Below are positions 51,418-60,629 of a DNA stretch of 64,000 nt, one piece after another. Position numbers and translations under genes: made by a program. The stretch's first letter is position 1; each line of letters starts with the position of its first letter. This DNA is from Fidelibacterota bacterium (GTDB taxonomy: Bacteria; Fidelibacterota; UBA2242), in NCBI GenBank assembly GCA_049975265.1, contig JBNGDF010000006.1, forward strand, positions 34,360 through 98,359. Reading direction: 5' to 3'. The notes under the pieces were generated by a model that was not told where the DNA came from, made no database searches, and saw only the letters and a list, made by a program, of their open reading frames with translations.

Positions 51418-51450
51418 AAAACGGGAAATCCCGAAGCCCGGGACTTCCCG
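51418..51450 (-). terminator. Intrinsic terminator after the DUF350 gene
   Basis: Minus strand CGGGAAGTCCCG-GGCTT-CGGGATTTCCCG (12-bp stem with one G-U pair), then TTTT. Confidence 0.7.
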
Positions 51451-51477
51451 CAAATCAGTATCATCGTATGTAAATCG

Positions 51478-51711
51478 TCAAATGACCTTGTGTACCAGCA
51501 AGCCCACCATCAAAATAAGCGAGATGACGATCAAAGCAACACCGATATTGCCTTTTTTAATCTCCTCCCACTCATCAATCGAGGTGGACAGCCAGTCGAA
51601 AACCTTAATCGCCAGACCGACGCCAAAGGAAAATCCCAGCGCCGCAACGATCGCCCAGCCGATTCCTCTAAGATACATCATTAACGTATACGACCATGAA
51701 AAAGGATCCAT
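51478..51711 (-). CDS. DUF350 family small membrane protein
   Basis: Two TM helices around VFDWL..IDEWEEIKKGNIGVA; strong AAGGAGG RBS. Confidence 0.8.
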   Translation of the reverse strand: MDPFSWSYTLMMYLRGIGWAIVAALGFSFGVGLAIKVFDWLSTSIDEWEEIKKGNIGVALIVISLILMVGLLVHKVI

Positions 51712-51741
51712 GAAATTCCTCCTTAATTGTTATGTTCAATC

Positions 51742-52167
51742 CTATGCAAATTTTATCCTGCGTACAAATTCCGTCGAACTAATTTCGCCATTTGCAAATT
51801 TTACGATATCCTCCCGCTCGGCGGTGGCTACAATATTTTCCATGCCTTTATATTCTACATTCACCACGATTGTCACTTTCTCGACGGATTCTTTATGATA
51901 CACCATCGCCTTTCCGATGGCATAAAACCCAATCGTTAACACCCGGTCAAATTGATTTCGGGCACTCTTGACCGTCATGGTAAACTCTTTTTGCCCATCT
52001 GTGTGGGTAGTCATGTTCATCCGCTCATATTCAACCGGGACCTGATAGGCGGTACAAATCTGCTGGACCGACGAGTAAAACCGGGAATTCGCAAAGACAT
52101 TCAACGTAAAACCGGGAGAGACAATCAACACCATGAGCAGTAAAGAGACACGCTTCATATTTCCCAA
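51742..52167 (-). CDS. Exported hypothetical protein
   Basis: AGGAGG RBS 7 nt before TTG; signal peptide ...VFA|N. Confidence 0.7.
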   Translation of the reverse strand: MGNMKRVSLLLMVLIVSPGFTLNVFANSRFYSSVQQICTAYQVPVEYERMNMTTHTDGQKEFTMTVKSARNQFDRVLTIGFYAIGKAMVYHKESVEKVTIVVNVEYKGMENIVATAEREDIVKFANGEISSTEFVRRIKFA

Positions 52168-52257
52168 AATGTAACCTCCTTGTGTATAGTTCCCCTGTAT
52201 AATTCGTAGCAGATTTTAGCGTTTTATCGCAACTTTGTCAAATGTTTTTTATGGAAA

Positions 52258-53496
52258 TCACTGCAACGCTCCGGCAGATCGGCTTGCTGTCCAGACTCTC
52301 TTTCCCCGCTTCCAAACCGACCGGATCGAGGGATACCCCAGGAAATACGGTATTCCCTGATAGTGCTGAAACCGCCAGATCACAAAATCCGCCAGCTTGC
52401 CCGCTTCCAGACTGCCGGTTTGCTGCGACAGCGCCAGTGCCCGGGCGGCATTGTGGGTCGCCGCCTGAAGCGCTTCCAGGGGCGTCAGATGTAGTTTCAG
52501 ACACGCCAGCGCAACGACCAGCGGCATGGACTGAGTCATGGAGCTGCCCGGATTAAAATCCGTCGCAATCGCCACCGGCAATCCCCGATCCCACATTTTC
52601 CGTCCCGGAGCATAGCGGTCAGAACCGAGGAAAAAGGTCGTCGCGGGCAGCAGCACCGGCACAATGTTACCCTGCGCTAGCACCTCAATACCTTCCTCAC
52701 TGATCGCAGTCAAATGATCGGCGGATAGCGCACCCAGCCTGACCGCCAGCTGAACCCCGCCAATGGGTTTGAATTCTTCGGCATGCAGGCGAATTCCCAG
52801 ACCCAGAAATTTCGCCGCCTCCAGGACCCGTCGGGATTCATCTACGGAAAACACACCCTCTTCACAAAAAACGTCACAGAATTCCGCCAACCCTTCACGG
52901 GCAACCTGGGGCAACATTTTATTGATTATTACATCAAGGTAACCCTCATGATCATCGCGGTATTCATCGGGATACTCATGCGCCCCTAAAAAGGTACGCA
53001 GAATATCCAGCGGATGATCGGTGGCGAGCTCCTTGAGCAGTTGCAGCGACATCAACTCGCTTTCAGGGGTCAGTCCGTACCCGCTTTTGGCTTCAATCGT
53101 CGTCGTACCAAACTGCAGAAAATCATCCAGCCTGCGCCGCACCCTGTTTTTCAAATCCCCGGCATCCGCCGAGCGCAGACTGCGCACGCTGGACCTGATA
53201 CCGCCCCCGGCTGCCGCAATCTCCAGATAGGATTTCCCCATAATACGCATTTCAAATTCCATTTCCCGCGTATCAAAAAAGACCGGATGAGTATGGGAAT
53301 CCACGAATCCGGGCGTGACCAGCAAACCAGCGGCATCCGCCACATCAAATTCTGCCGAATAGAGGTCGGTCCCGATTTCCCGAACCAGTCCATCCTCTAC
53401 AATCATCTCAACATCATGCAGAACCTCCATGGATTCGGACACCGAATTGTAGCGAACCAGTTCTCCGATATTTCTGACGATCAATGGCTTTGTCAT
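52258..53496 (-). CDS. hutI: Imidazolonepropionase
   Basis: PGFVDSHTH, GGGI, EAKSGYGL, DVFCE, LHAEE, ATDFNPGS; AGGAG RBS before ATG 53496. Confidence 0.95.
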   Translation of the reverse strand: MTKPLIVRNIGELVRYNSVSESMEVLHDVEMIVEDGLVREIGTDLYSAEFDVADAAGLLVTPGFVDSHTHPVFFDTREMEFEMRIMGKSYLEIAAAGGGIRSSVRSLRSADAGDLKNRVRRRLDDFLQFGTTTIEAKSGYGLTPESELMSLQLLKELATDHPLDILRTFLGAHEYPDEYRDDHEGYLDVIINKMLPQVAREGLAEFCDVFCEEGVFSVDESRRVLEAAKFLGLGIRLHAEEFKPIGGVQLAVRLGALSADHLTAISEEGIEVLAQGNIVPVLLPATTFFLGSDRYAPGRKMWDRGLPVAIATDFNPGSSMTQSMPLVVALACLKLHLTPLEALQAATHNAARALALSQQTGSLEAGKLADFVIWRFQHYQGIPYFLGYPSIRSVWKRGKRVWTASRSAGALQ

Positions 53497-53619
53497 AGTA
53501 GAACTCCTGAACAACCTGACTAAACTAATACTTTCCTGCGGATCAATCAAGATTATCCCGAATCTTTAAGTTGAAACGGTGTTCTGAATTGAGTAACTTT
53601 ATTCCGATTATAGTGAGGA

Positions 53620-54243
53620 ATGTCTATGTACAAGCGGTTGTACCCTTTTCTGTTCGGTTTGATCCTCTCCTGTAGCTGTACGACACCGATTAAGACCGGG
53701 ATCGCTGTTCTGGAACTGGACTATCCCCCGACTCTGCAGGTTATCAGGAGAGCAGACTGGGGCTGGCAACCCCTGAAACGGACGCTCCCGACCCACGAAA
53801 TCAGTAAAATCACCCTCCATCACGGCGGCGTGGATTACCCACCCGGTAAAGACCCTGTCAAACATCTGCGCGAATTGCAGCAGTGGAGCAGATCTGAAAA
53901 AGACTGGATCGACATCCCCTATCACTTTATGATTGACCCTGGCGGCGTTATCTACGAGGCACGCCCCATTAACTATCCCGGCGCCACCAACACCGATTAC
54001 GATCCCGCCGGTCACGCCCTTATCTGTTTGATGGGAAATTACGAAAACGCCACCGTCAATCAGGAACAGCTGCAGGCGATTATCGAACTGACCGCCTTTC
54101 TGGCAGAGCAGTTTCACGTTCCGCTCTACGACATCAAAGGTCACAAAGACTATACCGAAACCCTCTGCCCCGGTAAAAATTTCTACCAGTATATAGAAAA
54201 CGGTACGATCCAGAGCCGTGTTCAGGACAGATTGACCAAATGA
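53620..54243 (+). CDS. PGRP-like N-acetylmuramoyl-L-alanine amidase (Amidase_2), probable lipoprotein
   Basis: Lipobox ILSC; ITLHH, DIPYHF, GHKDY, CPG zinc-ligand motifs. Confidence 0.85.
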   Translation: MSMYKRLYPFLFGLILSCSCTTPIKTGIAVLELDYPPTLQVIRRADWGWQPLKRTLPTHEISKITLHHGGVDYPPGKDPVKHLRELQQWSRSEKDWIDIPYHFMIDPGGVIYEARPINYPGATNTDYDPAGHALICLMGNYENATVNQEQLQAIIELTAFLAEQFHVPLYDIKGHKDYTETLCPGKNFYQYIENGTIQSRVQDRLTK

Positions 54244-54283
54244 TCACTCATCCATTATACAATTTTAAAAAGAGGCGTATTCG

Positions 54284-56332
54284 ATGAACCGTGATTCCTC
54301 CGCCACCGCCATGACCATAAAACTGCCGGCGGAATTACCTCCTCCGGCAACCTTTCAGAAAGGCATTCGCCGGGCACCCAGCCGCGGTTTCCATCTCAGC
54401 CGCAGCGAAACCGTCATCGCCCTGAAAAATGCCCTGCGCTATATTCCCAACGAACTACACCGGGAACTGGCACCCGAATTTCTGCAGGAATTAAAAACAA
54501 TGGGGCGCATATACGGCTACCGCTATCGCCCGCAAGGGCGTATCTGGGGAAAACCGGTGGATCAGTACCGGGGAATTTTAGCCGCCCGGGCGCTGCAGGT
54601 CAATATCGATAACAATCTCGATTTTGAAGTCGCCCTCTACCCCTACGAATTGGTTACCTATGGGGAAACCGGTCAGGTCTGCCAGAACTGGATGCAGTAC
54701 CGCCTGATCAAACAGTACCTCGAAACCATGACCGAAAAGCAGACCTTGGTCGTCAGCTCCGGACATCCGGTCGGTCTGTTTCCCTCAAGCCCGCAGGCAC
54801 CCCGGGTCATCTCTACCAACGGACTAATCGTGGGGGAATGGGACAACCCCGAACATTTTAAGAAACTGGCGGCGATGGGCGTCTCCAATTACGGTCAGAT
54901 GACCGCCGGCGGCTGGATGTACATCGGTCCCCAAGGCATTGTCCACGGAACCTATATAACCCTTTTAAACGCCGGACGAAAGTATCTCAACATTCCCGAC
55001 AACCAGGACCTGCGGGGCATCTGCTTCGTCAGCTCCGGACTGGGCGGAATGTCCGGCGCTCAGGCAAAGGCGGTGGAAATCGCCGGCGGAGTCGGTGTCA
55101 TCGCCGAAGTAGATTACAGCCGGATCAAAACCCGCTACGAACAGGGCTGGGTCAGTAAAGTATCCGCCGATCTGAATCAAATCGCCACCTGGATGTGGGA
55201 AGCGAAAAACTCCGGAGAGGCAGTCTCCATCGCCTTTTACGGCAATATCGTTGACCTGCTTGAGTACCTCGATGAAAAAAAGATCGCCGTGGAATTGCTC
55301 TCCGACCAGACCTCCTGCCACGCCGTCTACGAGGGCGGCTACACGCCAGCCGGGATCCGTTTCGAAGAAGGTCGGGAGCTGATTCAATCCGATCCCCGGC
55401 AATTCAAAACTCTCGTGGACAACTCTCTGAAACGTCATTATCAGGTCATCAAAAGACTCACCGCTAATGGCGCCCACTTCTGGGATTACGGCAACAGCTT
55501 CATGGCTTCGATTTACAACGCCGGGGTGAAAGAGATCGCCCGAAACGGTGTGAATCCCGACGAAGGCTTTATCTGGTCTTCCTATGTGGAGGATATTATG
55601 GGACCTATCTGCTTCGACCGGGGTTTTGGTCCCTTCCGCTGGGTCTGCCTGAGTCGCAAAGACGAAGATTTACACAAAACCGATCAGGCTGCGCTGAGCT
55701 GTATCGATCCGACCCGTAGCTCACTACACCGGGATAACTATCACTGGATCGAAACCGCTGAACAGAACCGGCTGGTGGTGGGCACCAAATGCCGGATTCT
55801 CTACTCCGATGAGGAGGGGCGCATTCGCATTGCCTTAAAGTTCAATCAAATGATCCGAGACGGCGAGATCGGTCCCGTCCTCCTCGGTCGTGATCACCAC
55901 GATGTCGCGGGAACCGACTCCCCTTACCGGGAAACCGCCAACATCTACGACGGCAGCCGGACGACCGCCGATATGTCTGTACAGTGCTTCGGCGGAAATA
56001 TCGCCCGTGGAATGACGCTGGTGGTTCTCTCCAACGGCGGCGGCGTCGGCATCGGTCGCGCCAGCAACGGTGGCAACGCTATTCTGCTCGACGGCTCCGA
56101 ACACGCCGACGATGTCATCCGCAAGGGGCTATCCTGGGATGTCATGGGTGGCATCGCCCGGCGTAGCTGGGCGCGCAATCCCAACGCCCTTCAGACAGCT
56201 GCCGACTGGAATCAAAAACATCCTTCCGATGGTCATATAACCCTGCCCTTTATACCCGATGAATCTCTGATTGAAAAAACCGTTGCGGAAATTTTTCCCG
56301 CCAACTCTTCAAGAGACCCCCTGTCCACATGA
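54284..56332 (+). CDS. hutU: Urocanate hydratase, long (~680 aa) form
   Basis: YGQMTAG, GPQGIVHGT, SGLGGMSGAQ, SDQTSCH, GPFRW, GRDHHD. Confidence 0.95.
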   Translation: MNRDSSATAMTIKLPAELPPPATFQKGIRRAPSRGFHLSRSETVIALKNALRYIPNELHRELAPEFLQELKTMGRIYGYRYRPQGRIWGKPVDQYRGILAARALQVNIDNNLDFEVALYPYELVTYGETGQVCQNWMQYRLIKQYLETMTEKQTLVVSSGHPVGLFPSSPQAPRVISTNGLIVGEWDNPEHFKKLAAMGVSNYGQMTAGGWMYIGPQGIVHGTYITLLNAGRKYLNIPDNQDLRGICFVSSGLGGMSGAQAKAVEIAGGVGVIAEVDYSRIKTRYEQGWVSKVSADLNQIATWMWEAKNSGEAVSIAFYGNIVDLLEYLDEKKIAVELLSDQTSCHAVYEGGYTPAGIRFEEGRELIQSDPRQFKTLVDNSLKRHYQVIKRLTANGAHFWDYGNSFMASIYNAGVKEIARNGVNPDEGFIWSSYVEDIMGPICFDRGFGPFRWVCLSRKDEDLHKTDQAALSCIDPTRSSLHRDNYHWIETAEQNRLVVGTKCRILYSDEEGRIRIALKFNQMIRDGEIGPVLLGRDHHDVAGTDSPYRETANIYDGSRTTADMSVQCFGGNIARGMTLVVLSNGGGVGIGRASNGGNAILLDGSEHADDVIRKGLSWDVMGGIARRSWARNPNALQTAADWNQKHPSDGHITLPFIPDESLIEKTVAEIFPANSSRDPLST

Positions 56333-56778
56333 TCCGCACCGCGACTCTGACCGATCTGGACCCTCTGATCCAACTGGAAAACCACAGTTTCGAGAGCGAT
56401 CAACTAAGTCGCCAAAACTTCCGATATCTGCTCACCAAAGCCAACGCAACAACCCTCGTCGACGCCGACAATCAGCATATTCGGGGCTATGCCATTATTC
56501 TCTACAATTCAGCCACTTCCATCGCTCGCCTCTATTCCATTGTGGTCGGTGCAGAGTACCGTGGTCAGGGCATCGGTCAGCACCTCCTCAAAGCAGCCGA
56601 GGAGGACGCTGTCCGGAACGAGTGCATTGCGCTGCGTCTGGAAGTCCGGCGCGACAATCATAAAGCCATTCAAATGTACATAAAAAACGGCTATAAAGAG
56701 ATCGGTATCCTGAATGATTATTACGAAGACCATATGGAGGCAATTAGATTTGAAAAGAGACTTGCTTCGGAAAAGTAA
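56329..56778 (+). CDS. GNAT family acetyltransferase (RimI-like)
   Basis: ARLYSIVV..YRGQGIG, LEVRRDN, YYED. Confidence 0.88.
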   Translation: MIRTATLTDLDPLIQLENHSFESDQLSRQNFRYLLTKANATTLVDADNQHIRGYAIILYNSATSIARLYSIVVGAEYRGQGIGQHLLKAAEEDAVRNECIALRLEVRRDNHKAIQMYIKNGYKEIGILNDYYEDHMEAIRFEKRLASEK

Positions 56779-56807
56779 AATGTCAACAACCAAAAGATGC
56801 ATTCACC

Positions 56808-58283
56808 ATGTCCGTCCAAATCGTTATTGTTGAAAATCCCAACGACTGGCCGAAAAACTTTCCCGACACCATCGTCGTGACCGCCAAAGACTATATCAGC
56901 CAACCCGACTATTTCACCCTGAAAAATGCCCACATCATCAACCTCTGCCACAGCTATCAATACCTCAGCATGGGCTACTACTGCTCTCTTCTTGCGACGG
57001 CACGTCGCCAGCGGGCGATTCCCCGGGTGCGCACCATGACGGAGCTCAGCCGCAAATCCATTTACAGTATTAATGTCGAAGACTTGGATGATCTGGTTCA
57101 GCGGATTCTGAAAAAAAATGCCAACGGCACCACCGAAATCGAGTTCGATATCTTCTTCGGATTGTGCCAGCAGAACGAGTTCGCTGAACTGGCGAGACAG
57201 ATTTTCGATCTCTTCCGCTGCCCTCTGCTGAAAGTCGAACTCAAATATCACGGTCGCTGGCAAATCGCCAGCATTAAGGCGCTGACGATCAATAATTTAC
57301 CCCGGGAGAAGCATCCCTTTTTCATCGATTCCTTCTATCAATACTCCCAGAAACGCTGGCAAGACCCCCGGGCGCCGAAGCCCTCCCGCTTCGACCTGGC
57401 AATCCTGTACAATCCCCGGGAACAACTTCCCCCTTCCAACCGGCGGGCGCTGAAAAAATTCATTGCCGCCGGTAAAAAAGCCGGGCTAAGTGTCGAATTA
57501 ATTGAAAAAAAAGACTACTCATCGCTTCTGGAGTACGACGCCCTCTTCATCCGTGAAACCACCCAGATCAATCACCACACCTATCTCTTCGCCAAACGCG
57601 CGGAAGCAGAAGGGATGGTCGTAATCGACGACCCCGAATCAATTGTCAAATGCACCAACAAAGTCTACCTGGCGGAGCTGTTGACCGCCAATAATATCCC
57701 GACGCCTCGAACGATCATTCTCAAAGAAGACGATTTACATTACATGAACTACCTGGAGAACCGGATCAGCTATCCGGCGATTCTGAAGATTCCCGACAGC
57801 TCCTTTTCAAGAGGGGTTTTCAAAGCAAACAATCGGACAGAGTTCCTGGAAATTTCCGCCAAACTGTTCGATGATTCCGACCTGATCTTAGCCCAGGAAT
57901 ACATGTATACTGAATACGATTGGCGCATCGGGATTTTCAACCGCCAACCGCTGTTTGCCTGTTAATATTTTATGTCAAGAAAACACTGGCAGATCGTCCG
58001 GCACACCTCTTCCGGACGCTTCAGCGAAGGAAAATTCGAAAGCTTTACCATCGCAGAGGTACCCGCTGCCATCATTAATCTTGCCCAAAAAGCCGCCGGC
58101 TTGATCGGCAACGGACTTTATGGCGTAGACCTGAAAATGGTCGGTAATAAACCCTACGTCATCGAGATTAATGACAATCCCAATATTGACGCCGGGGTCG
58201 AGGATAAACAGCTGGGTGCCCAGCTATATGAGATCATTATGAGTGAATTCGTACGCCGCATTGAAATGAAAAAATCACGCTGA
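56808..58283 (+). pseudogene. RimK-family ATP-grasp ligase with RLAN-type N-terminal domain, interrupted by an in-frame TAA at 57963-57965
   Basis: INLCHSYQYLSMGYYCSLLA, DALFIRETT, CTNKVYL, KIPDSSFSRGV. The frame reads PLFAC*YFMSRKHWQ and continues to YGVDLK..IEINDNPNID in the same phase. Confidence 0.8.
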
Positions 58284-58371
58284 GTAAAAAAACTGCCAAA
58301 CTGTGAAAAGATCCTCCAAAACAGAAATCAATCAATGGCAAAAAGGAATAGATTAAACAAAAGGAGAACCA

Positions 58372-58914
58372 ATGATTCCAAAGTACTATTTTCTCACCAA
58401 AGGTCAGGGGCGGCATAAGGACTATCTGCAATCCTTCGAACTGGCGCTGCGCAATGCCGGCATTCAGCATTGCAATCTGGTCACCGTATCCAGTATCCTG
58501 CCGCCCGGATGTAAGAAGATTTCCAGAAAAAAAGGTGAGGAAACCCTGAAACCGGGGCAGATTACCTATGTCGTCATGTCAAAAAATTCAACCAACGAAC
58601 CCAACCGCCTGATCGCCGCATCGGTGGGTATTGCCATTCCTGCCGACGCCGATGCCCACGGTTATGTGTCGGAACACCACTCTTACGGACAGACCGATGA
58701 GGTCGCCGGTGATTATGCCGAGGATCTGGCAGCCACCATGCTGGCGACGACCCGGGGCGTCAAATTCGATCCGGAACAGGCTTGGGATGAACGCAAGCAG
58801 ATTTACCGTTCCAGCGGAATGATCATCCGCACCAGTCAGATTACTCAATCCGCCCAGGGCAACAAAAACGGACTCTGGACAACGGTTTTGGCAGCAGTGG
58901 TTTTCGTCATGTAA
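58372..58914 (+). CDS. pdaD: Pyruvoyl-dependent arginine decarboxylase
   Basis: [21 protein letters not shown] (Ser-Ser self-cleavage site), GYVSEHH. Confidence 0.9.
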   Translation: MIPKYYFLTKGQGRHKDYLQSFELALRNAGIQHCNLVTVSSILPPGCKKISRKKGEETLKPGQITYVVMSKNSTNEPNRLIAASVGIAIPADADAHGYVSEHHSYGQTDEVAGDYAEDLAATMLATTRGVKFDPEQAWDERKQIYRSSGMIIRTSQITQSAQGNKNGLWTTVLAAVVFVM

Positions 58915-59002
58915 TGCGGTCCTGTAAATCCGCTTTTATCATTGCTCCATATTGTTAAATTTTATGGTGCGCTGTCCGTTTTCATTCAAAAAGAGGATTT
59001 CC

Positions 59003-60322
59003 ATGAAAGTAAACACCGTAAAAACCGTATTTTTCATACTTCTGGCAAGCAGCGGATATATTCGTGCCGCCGACTGGACCGATGCCGCTATAAACCCGCT
59101 CCCCACACCCATTCCTGACCATATTATTTTAAACTGTACCACCGATCCCGCCCACTCAATGGCGGTAACCTGGCGGACCGATACGTCGGTTTCGGAAGCC
59201 TGCGCAGAAATCGCTGTCGCCGATGCCTCCTTCAACTACATCTTCTACACCGAAAGCACCCCCGCCAAAACCGAATTGCTGAAGGATGGAGATTATGCCG
59301 CTCATTATCATTCAGTTGTTTTTGAAAATCTGAAACCAAATACCCTCTATGCCTATCGTGTCGGTACTGCGGACACCTGGAGTGAATGGCTCCAATTCCG
59401 GACCGCCGGTGAGGCAAACGAGCCCTTTACATTTCTCTATCTCGGAGATGGTCAAAACGCTATCCTTTCACTCTGGTCACGAGCCATCCGCGCCGCTTAC
59501 AGCGCTGCACCGGAAAGCCGCCTGATCATTCACGGTGGCGATATCGTCGCCAGTGGTGACTCGTACACCGAATGGAGCGAATGGCACACCGCCGCCGGCT
59601 GGATCAACGCTATGATCCCCAACGTACCAGTCTCCGGCAACCATGAATACTACCACGGACCTGGACGGGACCGCTATCTGACCGACTTCTGGTTTGCCAA
59701 TTTTACCCTCCCGGAAAACGGGATACCGACACTCCCTGAAAGTAACTACTTTTGCGACTACCAGGGCGTTCGCTTCATCATCCTGAATGGCAACGAAAAA
59801 ATCGGAGAACAGGCAGTCTGGCTGAAATCCGTGTTAAAAAACAATCCCAACCGTTGGACCGTCGCCGCCTTTCACCAAACTATTTACGCTGCCACCAACA
59901 ATCGCGACCACAAAGAGATTCGCGAAAACTGGAAACCGCTCTTCGATCAATACCATGTGGATCTTGTCCTGATGGGACACGACCACGCCTATGCCCGCGG
60001 GCATAATGTCGACCCCAAAACCAAAATCAAAGCCCCCTATACCGGACCGGTTTATGTGGTCTCGGTCAGCGGACCGAAATTTTATCATGCCAATCAAGAC
60101 CGCTGGATGGACCGCGCCGGCGAAAACACCCAGCTCTATCAGATTATCAGGATTGATAAGGATGTCCTGCACTATCAATCCTATACTGTCACCGGCGAAC
60201 TCTACGACGAATTCGAAATCCGGAAGCAATCCCGGGGACCCAATCTCTTCATCGATCAACAGGATCGCGCGATTCCCGAACGAACCTTCCGGAACTCACT
60301 GTCAAAACCGACCGGCAAATAG
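59003..60322 (+). CDS. Purple acid phosphatase-like metallophosphoesterase with FN3-like N-terminal domain
   Basis: VTWRT, LKPNTLYAYRVG, GDGQ, GDIV, GNHE, GHDH; AGAGGA RBS; signal peptide. Confidence 0.85.
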   Translation: MKVNTVKTVFFILLASSGYIRAADWTDAAINPLPTPIPDHIILNCTTDPAHSMAVTWRTDTSVSEACAEIAVADASFNYIFYTESTPAKTELLKDGDYAAHYHSVVFENLKPNTLYAYRVGTADTWSEWLQFRTAGEANEPFTFLYLGDGQNAILSLWSRAIRAAYSAAPESRLIIHGGDIVASGDSYTEWSEWHTAAGWINAMIPNVPVSGNHEYYHGPGRDRYLTDFWFANFTLPENGIPTLPESNYFCDYQGVRFIILNGNEKIGEQAVWLKSVLKNNPNRWTVAAFHQTIYAATNNRDHKEIRENWKPLFDQYHVDLVLMGHDHAYARGHNVDPKTKIKAPYTGPVYVVSVSGPKFYHANQDRWMDRAGENTQLYQIIRIDKDVLHYQSYTVTGELYDEFEIRKQSRGPNLFIDQQDRAIPERTFRNSLSKPTGK

Positions 60323-60629
60323 TAGACCTCCTTGCTTAAGCCAGTCCGGTAAACAACAATCGGGACCAGTCTAATCACCGATTCCAATTCTTAACAATTA
60401 CCGGTAATTCCCCCAAGAGAGCGGAATAAATAATTTAAGTTTATACTAAATATTCTTAATATTTTTTTAATATATGGTCATATAATTTATTATCCGACGA
60501 AATATTGCCCAAATACATAGATATTATTTGAAAAAAAGAAAACATATCTTAACTTTTGCCGTATTCAGAAGAAACCAATCATTTCTTCACATAAATCAAT
60601 TTAATACTGAGAACTATAAAGGATGGGCA

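Noticed and set aside
53497..53620. Switch of coding strand as a possible replication origin or terminus
   Set aside because: Simple divergent promoter region; no DnaA-box cluster or dif-like site seen, and the plus strand looks C-rich on both sides.
57963..57965. Stop-codon reassignment or Sec/Pyl insertion
   Set aside because: The codon is TAA, not TGA or TAG, and TAA ends many genes in this window.
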